Below the pieces are notes generated by a model. That model worked only from the letters and a program-made list of their open reading frames with translations. It did no database searches and was not told where the DNA came from. The position numbers and the translations under genes were made by a program. From Anaerohalosphaeraceae bacterium (GTDB lineage Bacteria; Planctomycetota; Phycisphaerae; Sedimentisphaerales; Anaerohalosphaeraceae), in contig CAXXSL010000013.1 of the NCBI GenBank assembly GCA_963675525.2, positions 96,001 to 160,000 on the forward strand: a stretch of 64,000 nucleotides of DNA, read 5' to 3'. The first letter of the stretch is position 1; each line of letters starts with the position of its first letter. Positions 1 through 10,538 of the stretch are shown in pieces.

Positions 1-1
1 T

Positions 2-1246
2 GGTCGGAAACGTCAACGCATCCTTTTCCCAGCCAACAAGATCCCGCTGCTGGAGCAGTAATCCGCCGACCATACATCGAACATCGAATTCGCTACTATC
101 GATCTGACTGCGATCAATCGGTCCGGTTTCCAACAGACGTACACGCTGGCCCCAGGCCTTCAGTGAGCGAATTACTTCTACCGCATCTTCATCATATGAC
201 GGAGCGGCAATCACTTCGGCAAAGAAACCCGCTGCACCGTTTTCTTTCCCGAAACGGGCATACGATTCCATGATGACGGTTGCCAGTCCTTTGTCCACAT
301 TGCGGTTTAAGGCTATGATGCCGCCAAACGCACTGACCACATCGCCCAGATAGGCCTTCTCATACGCCCTGGCGATATCGGTATCCACCGCACAGCCGCA
401 GGGATTCATGTGCTTGACAACCACAGCCGCCGGTTCGTCAAATTCCTTAACCAGTTCAAATGCCGCATTGGTATCCATCAAATTGTTAAAGCTGATCGGG
501 GTACCCCCTTCCAGCAGTTTGGCGTTGCCAATGCTGACTTCTTTACTGTCGGCTAATTTGTAAAAAGCGCCTGCCTGATGGGGATTTTCACCATAGCGAA
601 GCTCTTTATCTTTCAGCACTGCCAGTGAAATACGCTCCGGGAACATTTCGCCCGCCTGAGCATTGAGATATTTTGAAATCGCAGCGTCATAGGAAGCCGT
701 CAGCGAAAAAGCTGCCCGGGCACATTCCGTTCGCAATTCCTGACTGGTCGCTCCGTTATTTTCCTTCATTTCAGCCAGCACCTTGTCATATTGGCCGGCA
801 TTGGTGACAATCGTTACGAACTTATTATTCTTTGCTGCAGAGCGAACCATGCTCGGCCCGCCAATATCAATATTCTCGATCGCCTCTTCTAATGTACAGC
901 CTGCCTTGGCGACCGTTTTTTCAAATGGATAGAGATTGACACAAACCAAGTCGATCGGCTCAATCTGATGCTCTTTCATGGCTGCCGCGTGTTCGGCATT
1001 ATCCCGCAAAGCCAGCAGGCCGCCGTGAATCTTCGGATGCAGGGTTTTGACCCGGCCGTTCATCATCTCGGGGAAACCCGTTACAGAGTCGACGCTGGTT
1101 ACCTCAATCCCTGCATCGGCAATGGCTTTGGCCGTCCCGCCGGTACTGATGATCATCACTCCCATTGCGGCAAGCTCTTTGGCGAACGCAACCACACCTG
1201 TTTTATCTGAAACACTGACCAATGCTCTTTGAATCTTGATATTCAT
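2..1246 (-). CDS. purH: Bifunctional AICAR transformylase/IMP cyclohydrolase; 3' end lies outside the window
   Basis: Manual translation from ATG 1246: MNIKIQRALVSVSDKTG...STGGT...GRVKTLHP...IENIDIGGPSMVRSAAKN...LRYGENPHQ. Not in the ORF track because it runs off the window edge. Confidence 0.97.
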   Translation of the reverse strand, partial: MNIKIQRALVSVSDKTGVVAFAKELAAMGVMIISTGGTAKAIADAGIEVTSVDSVTGFPEMMNGRVKTLHPKIHGGLLALRDNAEHAAAMKEHQIEPIDLVCVNLYPFEKTVAKAGCTLEEAIENIDIGGPSMVRSAAKNNKFVTIVTNAGQYDKVLAEMKENNGATSQELRTECARAAFSLTASYDAAISKYLNAQAGEMFPERISLAVLKDKELRYGENPHQAGAFYKLADSKEVSIGNAKLLEGGTPISFNNLMDTNAAFELVKEFDEPAAVVVKHMNPCGCAVDTDIARAYEKAYLGDVVSAFGGIIALNRNVDKGLATVIMESYARFGKENGAAGFFAEVIAAPSYDEDAVEVIRSLKAWGQRVRLLETGPIDRSQIDSSEFDVRCMVGGLLLQQRDLVGWEKDALTFPT

Positions 1247-1280
1247 TTGTCTTTTTATTCCTTTGAAAAAAGTAATTCGA

Positions 1281-2414
1281 CTATTTCACTGAAATACTCA
1301 TTAAACGTCCATCGGTATCCGCCAGATACATCGTCGAATCGGCCGTGTTTTTCGCGTATCGCCGTACCTGATTAAAATTAACGGAATACATCTCTTTGCC
1401 CGAAGCATTATCCATCACTTTTAAAACGCCCGGCCGAGCAAAGGCGAATGCTTTATTGCCGGACTCACAAACAATGTTTTGCCCGTTCGGAATGTTCCAG
1501 GTGGCTTTTCCATCATCCTTATTAATCGCATACAAGCCGTTGAGATCGTTATAAAGGTACACCACATCCTTACCGACAACCACCGAGTCAAGAACCGGTG
1601 CCCCGGCATAAAACGGCAGCGGCCATGCCGGCATTCCCGTCTCCATTGTCAGCTTATAGAGTTTGGCGTCCATACTGGGCACATAGAGATAGTCGTCGTC
1701 TTGAATAATTCCCGCTTGAATTTCTCCCGTCGTATCATACTGCCATATTTTTTTAGCAACATCCGGCTGCATTCCCACGATATTTCCCGCCTGTGTTGAA
1801 AAGACAACAATTGAGTCGGTCGCAAGCACCGAATTAATCATCGAATCATTATCCGCAGTCGCCGTAAATGCCTGCCAGAATCCATCAGTCGACAGCACAT
1901 GCAACCGGCGATCAGAACCGGCGACATAAACATACTCGCTGTTTCTTGCCAAGGCACACTTGAACGTATCACCAACCTGCTCAAAAACCTCCCGCTTCTG
2001 AAGAAGACCGGTCGAAGGATCAAAAATATTCATCTGGTTGCCGGAGATAAATCCCAGCTGGCCTTTATAATAAAGCGGAGCACACACTGGAAGCCGTTCC
2101 GAACAGAGCCTGACTGAACACAGTGTCCGCCCTTGCTTCCGATCAACGCAAAACAGGATATTTGTGTCCGTCAAGACATAAAGGTATTCCGCAAAAATAA
2201 ACAAACTATCGATCTGTTCGCGGGTTTTAATCGGCAGGTTCAGTTGCCAGTTATACGTCCACCCGGCATCCCGAATCAGTGCATGGGGAACCAGTTCGGC
2301 GGTTAACGGCTGGCGAAACTGTAGCTCTTGATCGGCAGCAAATATCCCCGCAGGCAGGCAGACCAGTAACATCAAACATACAACGATTTGATTTTTCCTG
2401 GATATTTTCATCAC
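1281..2414 (-). CDS. Secreted PQQ-binding-like beta-propeller protein (BamB-like repeats)
   Basis: Signal peptide; repeated blade motifs (KLYKLTMETGMPAW, GLYAINKDDGKATW). Confidence 0.7.
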   Translation of the reverse strand: MMKISRKNQIVVCLMLLVCLPAGIFAADQELQFRQPLTAELVPHALIRDAGWTYNWQLNLPIKTREQIDSLFIFAEYLYVLTDTNILFCVDRKQGRTLCSVRLCSERLPVCAPLYYKGQLGFISGNQMNIFDPSTGLLQKREVFEQVGDTFKCALARNSEYVYVAGSDRRLHVLSTDGFWQAFTATADNDSMINSVLATDSIVVFSTQAGNIVGMQPDVAKKIWQYDTTGEIQAGIIQDDDYLYVPSMDAKLYKLTMETGMPAWPLPFYAGAPVLDSVVVGKDVVYLYNDLNGLYAINKDDGKATWNIPNGQNIVCESGNKAFAFARPGVLKVMDNASGKEMYSVNFNQVRRYAKNTADSTMYLADTDGRLMSISVK

Positions 2415-2448
2415 ATAAGTCCCTTTTGTTTTGAGTTATAAAAAATGG

Positions 2449-2739
2449 TTATGATTCTAACTTTACAAAGTCCGTTAAGTCAACCTCATGTTCGGCTTCA
2501 AACATCTGCATTCTCTCAATCCGCTCGACATCATCCTTAATCCGGTTGGCCAATTTAAAAATATAGGGTTTCCCTTCCAGTCGATTTTGCAGGTCCTCCA
2601 GCATCGGCTCCCAGCGGCCACCGTAAAGCTGGGCTTTCAGGATGACCAGCATGCGATGCTGCTCATCAAGGCTGCGTATAAAAGACTGGACCTCCGGATC
2701 AACCGAGGACCCATTCGTTTTGTCCTTTTCCTGAACCAT
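2449..2739 (-). CDS. Small helical hypothetical protein following atpC
   Basis: ORF 2449..2799; more likely start is ATG 2739 (MVQEK) with a GAGGA RBS; co-oriented with the atp operon. Confidence 0.7.
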   Translation of the reverse strand: MVQEKDKTNGSSVDPEVQSFIRSLDEQHRMLVILKAQLYGGRWEPMLEDLQNRLEGKPYIFKLANRIKDDVERIERMQMFEAEHEVDLTDFVKLES

Positions 2740-2808
2740 ATCTGTCCTCTCAAACCCAAGCCACAAGCCAATCCTACCTTCTAAAAAACGGATTTGCAAT
2801 CGGTTTTT

Positions 2809-3261
2809 CTATTCACTGAATTTGGACTCCGACACCGAAGCCGCAATCATTTCGGCCATTTGCACAATTAGTTTTGCCTTTTTCTGGTCGATCGCTTCCT
2901 GCTGAGTTCGAATGTATTCCTGTCCAGCCACCACACTGCGTGCATGTGAGACTAACTGTTCAACCTGTACATCTTCCATGCCTTCGAAAGTGGTTACATC
3001 ATAGGCTAAAACGGTCACATGATTTTCACTGACACGGATAAAACCGCCGTCAATAATATAAAATGCGTCCGGCCGCTCAGTGATTTCTCGCACCTGCATA
3101 ATCCCAAAACCCAATTCGGACAGCATCGGGCAATGATTTCGCAGAATCCCCAGTTGACCATCATGTGCCGGCAGCACCACTGAACCGCAACGGCACTCCA
3201 GCAGCTTGGCCTTGGGCGTCAGTAAAACAACACGAAATTTACCTCTTGATAGTCCGACCAT
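2809..3261 (-). CDS. atpC: F1 ATP synthase epsilon subunit
   Basis: VVLPAHDGQLGILRNH, GGFIRVSENHVTVLA; follows atpD. Confidence 0.95.
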   Translation of the reverse strand: MVGLSRGKFRVVLLTPKAKLLECRCGSVVLPAHDGQLGILRNHCPMLSELGFGIMQVREITERPDAFYIIDGGFIRVSENHVTVLAYDVTTFEGMEDVQVEQLVSHARSVVAGQEYIRTQQEAIDQKKAKLIVQMAEMIAASVSESKFSE

Positions 3262-3263
3262 CG

Positions 3264-4679
<1,416 letters not shown>

Positions 4680-4716
4680 TTAATTATCCGCAAATAACGT
4701 TTCATGTACGTCCTGT

Positions 4717-5610
4717 TTATTTCGATGCTTCCACACCGCCGACAATATCCAGCAACTCCACAGTAATCTGTCCCTGTCGGGCACGGTTGTAGTCCTTGGT
4801 TAGTTCCTTGATCATGTCATCGGCATTGTCGGAGGCGTTCCGCATACAAACCACCCGCGAAAGATGCTCACTGGCCGCCGCATTGATAAAACACCTCAAA
4901 ATCGACGTCCGAATGGTCATCGTAGCCAGTGTTTCAAAAATCTTTTCCGGCGACGGGCTCAATTCGAAATCCTCAAAATCCAGTTCCCACGGCCAGATGA
5001 CCGTTGCACGGGTCGTCAAGTCGTCGATCAAATCGACCACCGGCAAAACAGTCAGGGTTTGAGCTTTCTGACTGGCCGGTGAAAAAAACCGGTTATAAAC
5101 GATTCCAAGCCGCCCGATGTTCCCTTTGGCGTACTCATCCATGAAAAAATCACCGATCTCGTTGGCCTGTTCGGCTGTCGGAACCTCAGGGAAATCTTCA
5201 TACACGTGTACCGGTTTAATTTTAAGATGCTCCAAATACCCAAGCACCTTCCTGCCTTTGGCGTAAATCTTCAATTCGCGTCCAAAACGTTGGGCCATCT
5301 TAACATGCGTGTCGATCTGACGAAATATCTCGTTATTGTACGCCCCGCACAGGCCTCGATCCGAACCAATAACGATCAGGGCATTGGTTTTCGATTTCGG
5401 CGGATCCATCAAAGGATGACCGATCGCTGTCTGGGCGGTGACCATCAGATAAGCCAACTGTGCCAGCGTATCATAAAATGCCAGGCCTTCGGCCCATTGA
5501 TTGTAATACTGACGATAACGCACGGCACTGATGGTCTCCATGGTTCCGGTGACCTTGCTGATATTGGCCGCGGCGTTTCGCCGTAATAAAATTTGTCGTG
5601 TATTCGCCAT
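4717..5610 (-). CDS. atpG: F1 ATP synthase gamma subunit
   Basis: SDRGLCGAYN, ASEHLSR, YNRARQGQITVELLDIVGG. Confidence 0.97.
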   Translation of the reverse strand: MANTRQILLRRNAAANISKVTGTMETISAVRYRQYYNQWAEGLAFYDTLAQLAYLMVTAQTAIGHPLMDPPKSKTNALIVIGSDRGLCGAYNNEIFRQIDTHVKMAQRFGRELKIYAKGRKVLGYLEHLKIKPVHVYEDFPEVPTAEQANEIGDFFMDEYAKGNIGRLGIVYNRFFSPASQKAQTLTVLPVVDLIDDLTTRATVIWPWELDFEDFELSPSPEKIFETLATMTIRTSILRCFINAAASEHLSRVVCMRNASDNADDMIKELTKDYNRARQGQITVELLDIVGGVEASK

Positions 5611-5615
5611 ATCGT

Positions 5616-5738
5616 AATATCAAAAAGTAAAGATTAACTATAAAAAACCAGAAACCTGCCTACGGCAAAACTTTAAAAAAGCAACGACGACGTCGATTCC
5701 TTATCTTTGATATTTAATACTTTATATTTACTATTTCC
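5616..5738. repeat. Intergenic element: two inward-facing arrays of degenerate AATATYA heptamers around short hairpins
   Basis: Plus-strand arm aatatca-aaaagta-aagatta; minus-strand arm aatagta-aatataa-agtatta-aatatca-aagataa-GGAATC; the minus arm has the same layout as 35447-35487. Confidence 0.6.
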
Positions 5739-5741
5739 ACC

Positions 5742-7265
5742 CTATGCTCCAAATGAGAATCGGTAGATCGTCTTATAGGCCTCCACCGCATCCTTCAGAC
5801 CACTCAGCAAGTCATCGTCAATGTCGCCAACCTGTTCGATCGTTTCCAGGTACTCCGGGGCCTCCAACTGCATCCAGGAGATCAATTCATCTATAAAATG
5901 GTTAACGCGATGCACGTCAATATCATCCAGCACCCCGGTCGATCCGGCGAGAATACTGATAACCTGCTCGGGCACACTCATCGGGGAAAACTGTTTCTGC
6001 TTGAGAATTTCCACCATGCGATTGCCGCGGTCCAGTTGTTTCTGAGCCGCTTCATCGAGCTCGGTGCCTAATCGGGCAAAGTCCTGAAGTTCCCTGAACG
6101 CCGCCAGGTCCAGACGCAGCTTTGGAGCTATCTTTTTCATCGCTTTCGGCTGGGCAGCGCCACCCACACGGGAGACACTGATCCCCACGTCAACTGCCGG
6201 TCGGACACCGGCCAGAAATAGAGACCGCTGTAAATAGATCTGGCCATCAGTGATCGAAATAATGTTCGTCGGGATGTACGCCGAAACCTGGCCTTCAAGG
6301 GTTTCAATGATCGGCAGCGACGTCACCGACCCGCCGCCCAGTTCATCTGACAGCTTTGAAGCTCGTTCCAGCAGTCGACTGTGAAGATAAAAAATATCAC
6401 CGGGATACGCTTCACGTCCCGGTGGACGCCGCAGTAGCAGACTCAACTCACGATACGCAATGGCGTGCTTGCTCAGATCGTCATAAACACACAGGGCATG
6501 GCCCTTTTTCTCGTACATGAAATATTCGGCGACGGCGGTACCGGCATACGGCGCAATATACTGCATGGCCGCACTCTCCGCCGCCGAAGAGACCACAACA
6601 ATTGTATGATCCATCGCGCCGTGACGCTGCAGGATCGCCACAACTTCAGCCACCGTCGATTCTTTCTGACCGATAGCCACATAAACACAGACCACCCCTT
6701 TGCCCTTCTGATTAATAATCGTATCCAGAGCGATAGCGGTTTTGCCGGTTTTGCGGTCACCAATGATCAGCTCACGCTGGCCCCGACCGATGGGAATCAT
6801 CGCATCGACACTTTTCAGCCCCGTCGCCAAGGGCTCTTTGACCGGTTGACGGCCGGCAATTCCCGGGGCAGAATATTCAACAAATCGGCTGCTCTTGCAG
6901 TGAACGACGCCTTTACCATCGATCGGCTCACACAACGCGTTGACCACGCGGCCCAGCAGTTCCTCGCCAACAGGAACCGAAAGCACCTTGCCGGTGCCGC
7001 GAACTCCCGCGCCTTCCTTGACCTTGGTATAATCACCATAGATCACCGCGCCGACCGAATCTTCATCCAGGTTAAACACCTCACCGACAACGCCGCCCTC
7101 AAATTCGAGCATCTCGCCGGCCATCGCATTGTCCAAGCCGTACACACGTGCGATGCCGTCGCCCACTTCCAGCACGGTGCCAACCTGAGCCACATCGACC
7201 TGCGTTTTATACCGTCTGACTTCTTCTTTGATCAGACTGCTGATTTCACCTACATCAAATTTCAT
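5742..7265 (-). CDS. atpA: F1 ATP synthase alpha subunit
   Basis: [40 protein letters not shown]. Confidence 0.99.
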   Translation of the reverse strand: MKFDVGEISSLIKEEVRRYKTQVDVAQVGTVLEVGDGIARVYGLDNAMAGEMLEFEGGVVGEVFNLDEDSVGAVIYGDYTKVKEGAGVRGTGKVLSVPVGEELLGRVVNALCEPIDGKGVVHCKSSRFVEYSAPGIAGRQPVKEPLATGLKSVDAMIPIGRGQRELIIGDRKTGKTAIALDTIINQKGKGVVCVYVAIGQKESTVAEVVAILQRHGAMDHTIVVVSSAAESAAMQYIAPYAGTAVAEYFMYEKKGHALCVYDDLSKHAIAYRELSLLLRRPPGREAYPGDIFYLHSRLLERASKLSDELGGGSVTSLPIIETLEGQVSAYIPTNIISITDGQIYLQRSLFLAGVRPAVDVGISVSRVGGAAQPKAMKKIAPKLRLDLAAFRELQDFARLGTELDEAAQKQLDRGNRMVEILKQKQFSPMSVPEQVISILAGSTGVLDDIDVHRVNHFIDELISWMQLEAPEYLETIEQVGDIDDDLLSGLKDAVEAYKTIYRFSFGA

Positions 7266-7286
7266 TATGATTACTCAAAATAAGTG

Positions 7287-7868
7287 TTAGTCTATTTCTT
7301 GATTGGCCATTTTTTCCTTGGAACGCTTCATGATCGCATCGACGGTTCGATTCAGGATCGTCCGAACAGAGTTATCCACGACCAGATCACCCTTCTTGAT
7401 CACAATGCCGCCGATGATCTCCGGGTCAATATTGACCGTAAGCTTGATCTCGCTGTTAATCGCGTCCTTGATGTCTTTTTTAATCTTCTCAACCTGCTCA
7501 TCCGTCGGCTCCTGAGCCAGTGTCACTTCGATCCGACGGACATTTTTGCGTTCATCCAGAAGAACCTGGTATCGATCGCCAATACCATTCAAAAAATTCA
7601 TGCGATTGCGTTTTGCCAATACACATAAAAAATCCAGCGTCAGCGAATTGATCCGGCCATCAAAAACCCGGCGGATCATTTTCGCTTTTTCGTCTTCCTT
7701 GAGTTGCCCCAGCATCAGCAGTGACAAAAACTCCGGCTCGTCCTGAAGCAACTGCGATACCGCCTCAAGATCATCCATAACAACTTCGACCAGGCCGGAC
7801 TCTTCGGCCAGTTCGAACATCACGTCGCTGTAGATCTCGTGAATAATATGTCGTGCCGTTGATGCCAT
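7287..7868 (-). CDS. atpH: F1 ATP synthase delta subunit
   Basis: IDPEIIGGIVIKKGDLVVDNSV; operon position. Confidence 0.95.
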   Translation of the reverse strand: MASTARHIIHEIYSDVMFELAEESGLVEVVMDDLEAVSQLLQDEPEFLSLLMLGQLKEDEKAKMIRRVFDGRINSLTLDFLCVLAKRNRMNFLNGIGDRYQVLLDERKNVRRIEVTLAQEPTDEQVEKIKKDIKDAINSEIKLTVNIDPEIIGGIVIKKGDLVVDNSVRTILNRTVDAIMKRSKEKMANQEID

Positions 7869-7876
7869 CGATTCGT

Positions 7877-8476
7877 TTACTTTCGTTCCTGTTCTTTGAG
7901 CCGGTTGATTGCCTCGTCGATCAGCTTCTGATTATCCTCGCCGTCAAGACTCTTGCCAAAGACTTCCTCGCCCAGTTTGCGAACAATATCGCCCGCTTGA
8001 TTCCAAAGGTCATCTTCGGCTTCAATGCGTTCACGCTGAAGCTCGCTTTCGGCCCGGACCTTCATTTGCTCAATATCTTTTTGGTTCTGCTTGGATACTT
8101 CTTTAGCCTGCTGTTCGGCTTGTTGGGTACGGGCACTGATAATATCCCGACCCTGCCGTTCGGCATCCGCCAGTTTGGCACCGTACTCTTCAAGCACCTT
8201 TTTGGCTTCCGTCTTGGACTTTTCGGCATCGGTGATTTGCTTTTCAATATGCTCCTGACGGTTCGTCAAACCCGCCAAAAGCGGCTTCCAGGCAAACTTC
8301 CACAATACCACCAACAGCGCAGCGAACCAAATCAGCGCCCAGATGTACTCACCCGGGTACCCGCCGAAAAGGCTGAACTTATTTTCTTCGTCCGCGCCGC
8401 CATGTTCGGCCGCCAACACCGGCGTGGTGATAGCAAGTACCAACCACAGAACCGTTATGATTCCGCGTATTCTCAT
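7877..8476 (-). CDS. atpF: Fo subunit b
   Basis: TM helix, LWKFAWKPLL and coiled coil. Confidence 0.95.
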   Translation of the reverse strand: MRIRGIITVLWLVLAITTPVLAAEHGGADEENKFSLFGGYPGEYIWALIWFAALLVVLWKFAWKPLLAGLTNRQEHIEKQITDAEKSKTEAKKVLEEYGAKLADAERQGRDIISARTQQAEQQAKEVSKQNQKDIEQMKVRAESELQRERIEAEDDLWNQAGDIVRKLGEEVFGKSLDGEDNQKLIDEAINRLKEQERK

Positions 8477-8501
8477 TCGCTTCCTCGATCTAAGTGTTTC
8501 G

Positions 8502-8849
8502 TCACTTAAGAAGTACGATTGGCAACAGACAGATAATCAATGCAAACAGCGTCACGCCTTCGATTAAAGCCGCGGCAATAATCATGGTCGTAAAAATACG
8601 ACCGCCGGCTTCCGGCTGACGCGCAATCGCTTCGACGGCACTGCCGGCCAACTGGCCAATCCCGCGAGCCGCACCCATCACAATCAGACCGGCACCCAGG
8701 ACACCGCCGAGCATGGCGAGCCCTTTTGCAAGCGCTTCCATTTGCTGCACGGATTCAAAGATTGCCGGGCCTGCCGTAGCAACCGCCTCTTGAACATCCG
8801 GCGCTGCTTCCGCCAACATCATTGGAACCATCATAATCACGTCTAACAT
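8502..8849 (-). CDS. atpE: Fo subunit c with N-terminal extension
   Basis: AIARQPEA loop; AALIEG carrying the essential Glu. Confidence 0.97.
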   Translation of the reverse strand: MLDVIMMVPMMLAEAAPDVQEAVATAGPAIFESVQQMEALAKGLAMLGGVLGAGLIVMGAARGIGQLAGSAVEAIARQPEAGGRIFTTMIIAAALIEGVTLFALIICLLPIVLLK

Positions 8850-8894
8850 GTTGCTAAAACCTCCAAAAGTGTAAAGTAAGTTTATATATTCCTG

Positions 8895-9698
8895 TTAATG
8901 TTCTTCGCTAATCGCAAAGCCGATAAAAATCGTTGTCAAAAAGGTAAAAATATAGGCCTGCAGAAACGCGACAAAAATTTCCAGCAGGCTCATCAGCGTC
9001 GTCGCCAGAATAGATGCAGACGCCACCATGAAATTCTTGAATATAATAATAAATCCCAACAACACGGCCATCAGAATATGCCCAGCCAGAATATTGGCAA
9101 ACAGTCGAATGGCTAATGAAAACAGCCGAACAAATGAACTAATCAACTCCATAAAAAACATAAACGGCATCATCGGCCACGGCACCTTCGGAGATAACGT
9201 CGCAAAATACTTCACAAACCCCTTTTCATAAATGCCCGCCAGATGAAACAGGAAAAAAGCAAAGGTTGCCAATGCCCCGGTCACGTACAGATTCGCGGTG
9301 GCGGCACCGTACAGATTATTGTGCTCACCAATGAAAATACCAATTGCCGCGTTAAACGGAACCATCCCGAGTAAATTCAGAACCAGGATAAAATAGAACA
9401 TGGACCACAGGTAAGCAATGTAGCGATCGGTATGGCTGCCCAGGAAGGGGCGTGCGACATCTTCACGGATAAAAACACAAATGGTTTCGATCACATTATA
9501 AAAACCTCGCGGAACAAGTTGGCGTTTGCGAATAACCAGGGGCAAAACGACCATCAGCATGATGGTTCCAACACTGATCATGAGCATGTGATTCGTGAAC
9601 GGAAACTCTTTTCCCATCACCGTAACGGTAAAGAGTTCGTGGCTGATCACGTGTTCAAGTGGGTTCAGCTTAGCTAAACATGTCCCATACATTGCCAT
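8895..9698 (-). CDS. atpB: Fo subunit a
   Basis: SLAIRLFANILAGH, LEIFVAFLQAYIF. Confidence 0.97.
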   Translation of the reverse strand: MAMYGTCLAKLNPLEHVISHELFTVTVMGKEFPFTNHMLMISVGTIMLMVVLPLVIRKRQLVPRGFYNVIETICVFIREDVARPFLGSHTDRYIAYLWSMFYFILVLNLLGMVPFNAAIGIFIGEHNNLYGAATANLYVTGALATFAFFLFHLAGIYEKGFVKYFATLSPKVPWPMMPFMFFMELISSFVRLFSLAIRLFANILAGHILMAVLLGFIIIFKNFMVASASILATTLMSLLEIFVAFLQAYIFTFLTTIFIGFAISEEH

Positions 9699-10137
9699 GT
9701 ATTCTTGGTTCCCGATCTTTCATTTCACTGTTCCGGAGTATCCACAAGGCAAGCCACGTATCGACCGCCAAAAAGGCCGCATAGTAAATGCCCAAAAACA
9801 GGATAAACCAACTCCTGTGTATATCTGTAAAAACGGTGATTATAGCAACTCCGCCCCCGCCTATCAATAACCGAATTGCCGCCGCGATCATGACACCGGC
9901 CAGCACCCAATACACATCCCGGCCCCATGTCTTGCCAACGGCGTAGAATCCGGCGATTCCCGCTGCAGATGCCACGATCATCGCAAAAAGACAGGCTTGA
10001 TTGACGTGCGCACCGCCGGTCGCACTGAGCCGGTAGACAAACATGGCACCAAAAACAACCAAAAACAACATCCACCCGACCTTCCCCCATGGGAAAATCA
10101 TAAAAAACGGTTCGGGTTGTTTACGCTTTACACTCAT
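9670..10137 (-). CDS. Four-TM membrane protein in the AtpI position
   Basis: Four hydrophobic segments; overlaps both neighbouring atp-operon genes. Confidence 0.65.
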   Translation of the reverse strand: MSVKRKQPEPFFMIFPWGKVGWMLFLVVFGAMFVYRLSATGGAHVNQACLFAMIVASAAGIAGFYAVGKTWGRDVYWVLAGVMIAAAIRLLIGGGGVAIITVFTDIHRSWFILFLGIYYAAFLAVDTWLALWILRNSEMKDREPRIHGNVWDMFS

Positions 10138-10409
10138 TGGCCTGTTTCGTCATCCTGACCTTCATCTTCGTCGAGTTCCTGCTCCGTGATCTTTGCACGC
10201 TTGACAATAATATACATCATCACACCGAACCCAACAAAAAAGCCCAGGATCATCCAACCCGGGCTGGTGTCTTCCAATTTGTCGAGCCAGAAGCCAATGA
10301 ACACGAAAAAACCGATGACAAGACAGAACTCAAAGCCAATTCCCATCCACCGGAAAGCAGCCCGGTAAAATGTTGAATCCGTCGGCTGGTCTTTCCGTCT
10401 TCTTGCCAT
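10134..10409 (-). CDS. AtpZ/AtpI-family protein (first atp gene)
   Basis: GFEFCLVIGFFVFIGFWLDKLEDTSPGWMILGFFVG two-TM signature; start ATG 10409. Confidence 0.85.
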   Translation of the reverse strand: MARRRKDQPTDSTFYRAAFRWMGIGFEFCLVIGFFVFIGFWLDKLEDTSPGWMILGFFVGFGVMMYIIVKRAKITEQELDEDEGQDDETGQ

Positions 10410-10538
10410 AGAGTCCTTTCCAACCGCCCTTCTAAAAAGGAGAGACGGGTTACTGCTCAACAACTGACCTTCATGCGATGATATTTTAAAAATTAAGATA
10501 AAGGTTCTTGCCGGTTACCAACATTTAACCCGGCAAGC

